The notes under the pieces: generated by a model
Seen by the model: the letters and a program-made list of their open reading frames with translations, nothing else
Told to the model about the DNA's origin: nothing
Database searches by the model: none
Shown here: positions 61,746 through 64,000 of the stretch, in pieces
Position numbering within the stretch: position 1 is the stretch's first letter
Layout: each line of letters begins with the position of its first letter
Translations under genes and position numbers: made by a program
NCBI GenBank assembly: GCA_963745835.1
Contig: CAVUZH010000014.1
Span: 128,001 to 192,000, forward strand
Length of the DNA: 64,000 nt
Origin: an uncultured delta proteobacterium
GTDB taxonomy: Bacteria > Desulfobacterota > Binatia > UBA9968
Direction of reading: 5' to 3'

Positions 61746-62873
61746 TTACCCCGCCACCGATACTCCAAACAACCAGCCCGCACCATAGGTGATTGCCGAG
61801 GCCAGCAAGCCGATACCCAGCATGCGCAGCCCGCTTATCCATGGCCCCTTCGCCGTAAAGATCGAGATAATCGCGCCCACGCCTAACAGTGCTAGACAGC
61901 TAAGCAACCCACTCGCGAACCAAGCAACTTGTCCGGAACTAAACAGATAAGGCAGCACCGGAATCAATGCGCCGACTATGAAAGCTAGAAACGAGCTCAG
62001 CGCCGCGGTCCAAGGCGATCCCAGCTCCGAAGGATTCAAGCCCAACTCTTCACGGGCGAGCGTATCAATAGCGGTCTTCGGATTGGAGATAATGCGTCGC
62101 GCCAGCATCGCAGCCTCTCTCTCGGGGATTCCCTTGGCTTGGTAAATTAACGAGAGCTCCTCCTCTTCCTCCTTGGGTGACATCTCCAACTCTTGTTGCT
62201 CCATAGCGATCTGCTGCTCGAAGAGTTCGCGCTGCGCGCGCATCGAGACATATTCACCCGCTGCCATTGAGAACGATCCCGCTAATAACCCGGCCACGCC
62301 GGCGAGCAGAACATACTCAGGCCTCGCATCAGCGCCCGCAAAGCCCATGACCAGACTGAAATTCGAAACCAGTCCATCGTTGATGCCGAAAACAGCGGCG
62401 CGCAGGCTGCCACCCCGCGATATCACGTGCCATCGTTCGCTGCCGATAATTGCGTCTTGGCTGGAAATCCCTTCGTCCATGGCGCGCAATGCGCGGCTGT
62501 GCGCTCTCTCCTCGGCTGGCAATCCAGCTGCCTCCGGCTGATTTAAGTATCCCGGCTCATCGCTGGCTTCCAGGCTACTGATAATTGGGATCACTCGATG
62601 GGTGCCGAAGTGCTTCGCCATCCAGCCCAGCACCCGGACCCGGACTGTGGGACGATATTCCGGCACTTGAAATCCGGCCGCCTCGATAAGCCGCACCCAC
62701 CGCCGCGCATGTCGCTCCTCGGTCTGCGCCATTTTTCGAAAAATCACCGCGCGCTTCTCGTCTTTTTCAGCGGCGGCCAGTGCGCGATAGAGCTCAATGC
62801 CGTCCATTTCGACGAGATAGTTTTGTCGGTAACGCGCAACATCCGCTGCACTGATCTCCTGCGTAGGCATCAC
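61746..62873 (-). CDS. VIT1/CCC1 transporter with N-terminal rubrerythrin/ferritin-like domain
   Basis: N-terminal E...Y..LA..E, EERH, EERAH; LRAAVFG.NDGLVS, AG..SMAAGEYVS, EELG, GA.IP..PY. Confidence 0.9.
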   Translation of the reverse strand: MMPTQEISAADVARYRQNYLVEMDGIELYRALAAAEKDEKRAVIFRKMAQTEERHARRWVRLIEAAGFQVPEYRPTVRVRVLGWMAKHFGTHRVIPIISSLEASDEPGYLNQPEAAGLPAEERAHSRALRAMDEGISSQDAIIGSERWHVISRGGSLRAAVFGINDGLVSNFSLVMGFAGADARPEYVLLAGVAGLLAGSFSMAAGEYVSMRAQRELFEQQIAMEQQELEMSPKEEEEELSLIYQAKGIPEREAAMLARRIISNPKTAIDTLAREELGLNPSELGSPWTAALSSFLAFIVGALIPVLPYLFSSGQVAWFASGLLSCLALLGVGAIISIFTAKGPWISGLRMLGIGLLASAITYGAGWLFGVSVAG

Positions 62874-63014
62874 GCGTCCTTTGCCAAGCCGTAACTTCGC
62901 TTCATTTTCTCGGCATTCTATCTCGGCTTGTTACCCAGGGAATTGCTCGGACTGCCCTGCAAGGTTCATCCTTGCCACAGGGCGGCTTGCCTAGTCAAAT
63001 TTTATTCATTCGCC

Positions 63015-63050
63015 TTGCATGCACTGATAAATTCATTCTAGGTTAGCAGC
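63015..63050 (+). promoter_or_regulatory. Putative sigma70 promoter, leaderless transcript
   Basis: TTGCAT-N18-TAGGTT-N6-ATG(63051), no SD. Confidence 0.45.
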
Positions 63051-64000
63051 ATGCTGAGTTTTGTCGACGTTGAAGAAGCACGAAAACGCATCCGCGACCA
63101 AATCTACCTCTCGCCCCTCTCGTATTCCGAAACCATTAGCCGGATGAGCAGCAGTGAAGTCTTTTTCAAGTTGGATAACTTGCAAATGACCGGCTCATTC
63201 AAAGAACGGGGCGCGCTCAACCGTTTGCTGACCCTGACGACGGACGAGGGCGAGCGCGGTGTGATTGCCGCTAGCGCCGGCAATCACGGTATGGCAGTGG
63301 CATTTCACAGTCGGCGCCTGAATGTTGAGTCCACGATAGTTATGCCGGTTCATGCCCCGCTGATCAAAGTGGGACGGGTGCGACTATACGGCGCACAGAC
63401 CATATTGCATGGCGAAGATTACGATGGAGCTTTCACCGAAGCCCAGCGGCTGAGCCAGGAAAGAGGGTTGACGTTCCTGCACGCGTTCAATGATCCGACA
63501 ATCATCGCCGGTCAAGGCACCATCGGTCTCGAGCTCTATGAGCAAAATTCACATTTAGACGCCGTTATCGTCCCGGTGGGCGGCGGAGGTTTAATTGCCG
63601 GTACCGCACTGGTCCTCAAGGTTCTCAATCCGCATATTCAAATCATCGGCGTACAGGCGGAGGCCATACCCTCTATGAAAGCGGCACTGGAGATAGGTGC
63701 GCCGATTAGGCTCGCGCCGGCAACCACGATCGCCGACGGCATCGCAGTGCGCAGAGTCGGCGAGACAGCATTGGAGCTGGTCAAACAGCACGTCGATGAG
63801 ATTGTCACAGTAACCGAAGGTGAAATTGCCAATGCTGTGCTGCTTTTATTAGAGATAGAAAAGACCATCGCCGAAGGCGCCGCTGCGGCTCCCCTCGCCG
63901 CGCTCATCAACAAGAAGGTCTCTTTACGAGACAAGAACATTGCCCTGATCGTTTCCGGCGGCAATATCGACGTCAATCTGATATCGCGGATTATCGAAAA
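63051..64000 (+). CDS. ilvA: Threonine ammonia-lyase, partial; runs off the window end
   Basis: Not in the ORF track. MLSFVDVEEARKRI...FKLDNLQMTGSFKERGA, ASAGNHG, IIAGQGTIGLE, PVGGGGL, TIADGIAV, EGAAA, SGGNID. Confidence 0.92.
   Translation, partial: MLSFVDVEEARKRIRDQIYLSPLSYSETISRMSSSEVFFKLDNLQMTGSFKERGALNRLLTLTTDEGERGVIAASAGNHGMAVAFHSRRLNVESTIVMPVHAPLIKVGRVRLYGAQTILHGEDYDGAFTEAQRLSQERGLTFLHAFNDPTIIAGQGTIGLELYEQNSHLDAVIVPVGGGGLIAGTALVLKVLNPHIQIIGVQAEAIPSMKAALEIGAPIRLAPATTIADGIAVRRVGETALELVKQHVDEIVTVTEGEIANAVLLLLEIEKTIAEGAAAAPLAALINKKVSLRDKNIALIVSGGNIDVNLISRIIE

Overview
64 kb of bacterial chromosome. Gene content and style (NMT1-type binding protein, DUF6282, OCD-family protein, ftsH-folP-cdaA-cdaR-glmM-pdxJ-nnr-tsaE-lysC-cimA-cysE-mnmA-mtaB-rnc block) suggest a deltaproteobacterium-like organism such as Candidatus Binatia; this is inference. 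The left part holds a partial molybdopterin oxidoreductase and a glgX-treY-treZ-malQ glycogen/trehalose operon. Divergent from it, across two sigma54-like promoters, is a tightly packed uncharacterised four-gene cluster: heme-oxygenase-like diiron enzyme, GT2/GT21 glycosyltransferase, PLP aromatic amino acid decarboxylase and VioB/RebD-type ferritin-like protein. This is the best candidate for an undescribed biosynthetic system. Other highlights the ORF track misses: a UxxC selenocysteine glutaredoxin with a plausible SECIS; a 17-aa leaderless uORF carrying the sulfatase CxPxR motif, coupled to an orphan anaerobic sulfatase maturase; a ~40/80-bp tandem amplification of the folP-stop/RBS/cdaA-start junction; two structured intergenic regions; and several leaderless promoters. 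Six single-base frameshifts (treY x3, glgX, DUF748, DUF763) look like consensus sequencing errors. No rRNA, tRNA, CRISPR array or transposase was seen. All calls come from reading motifs by eye; no database search was run.
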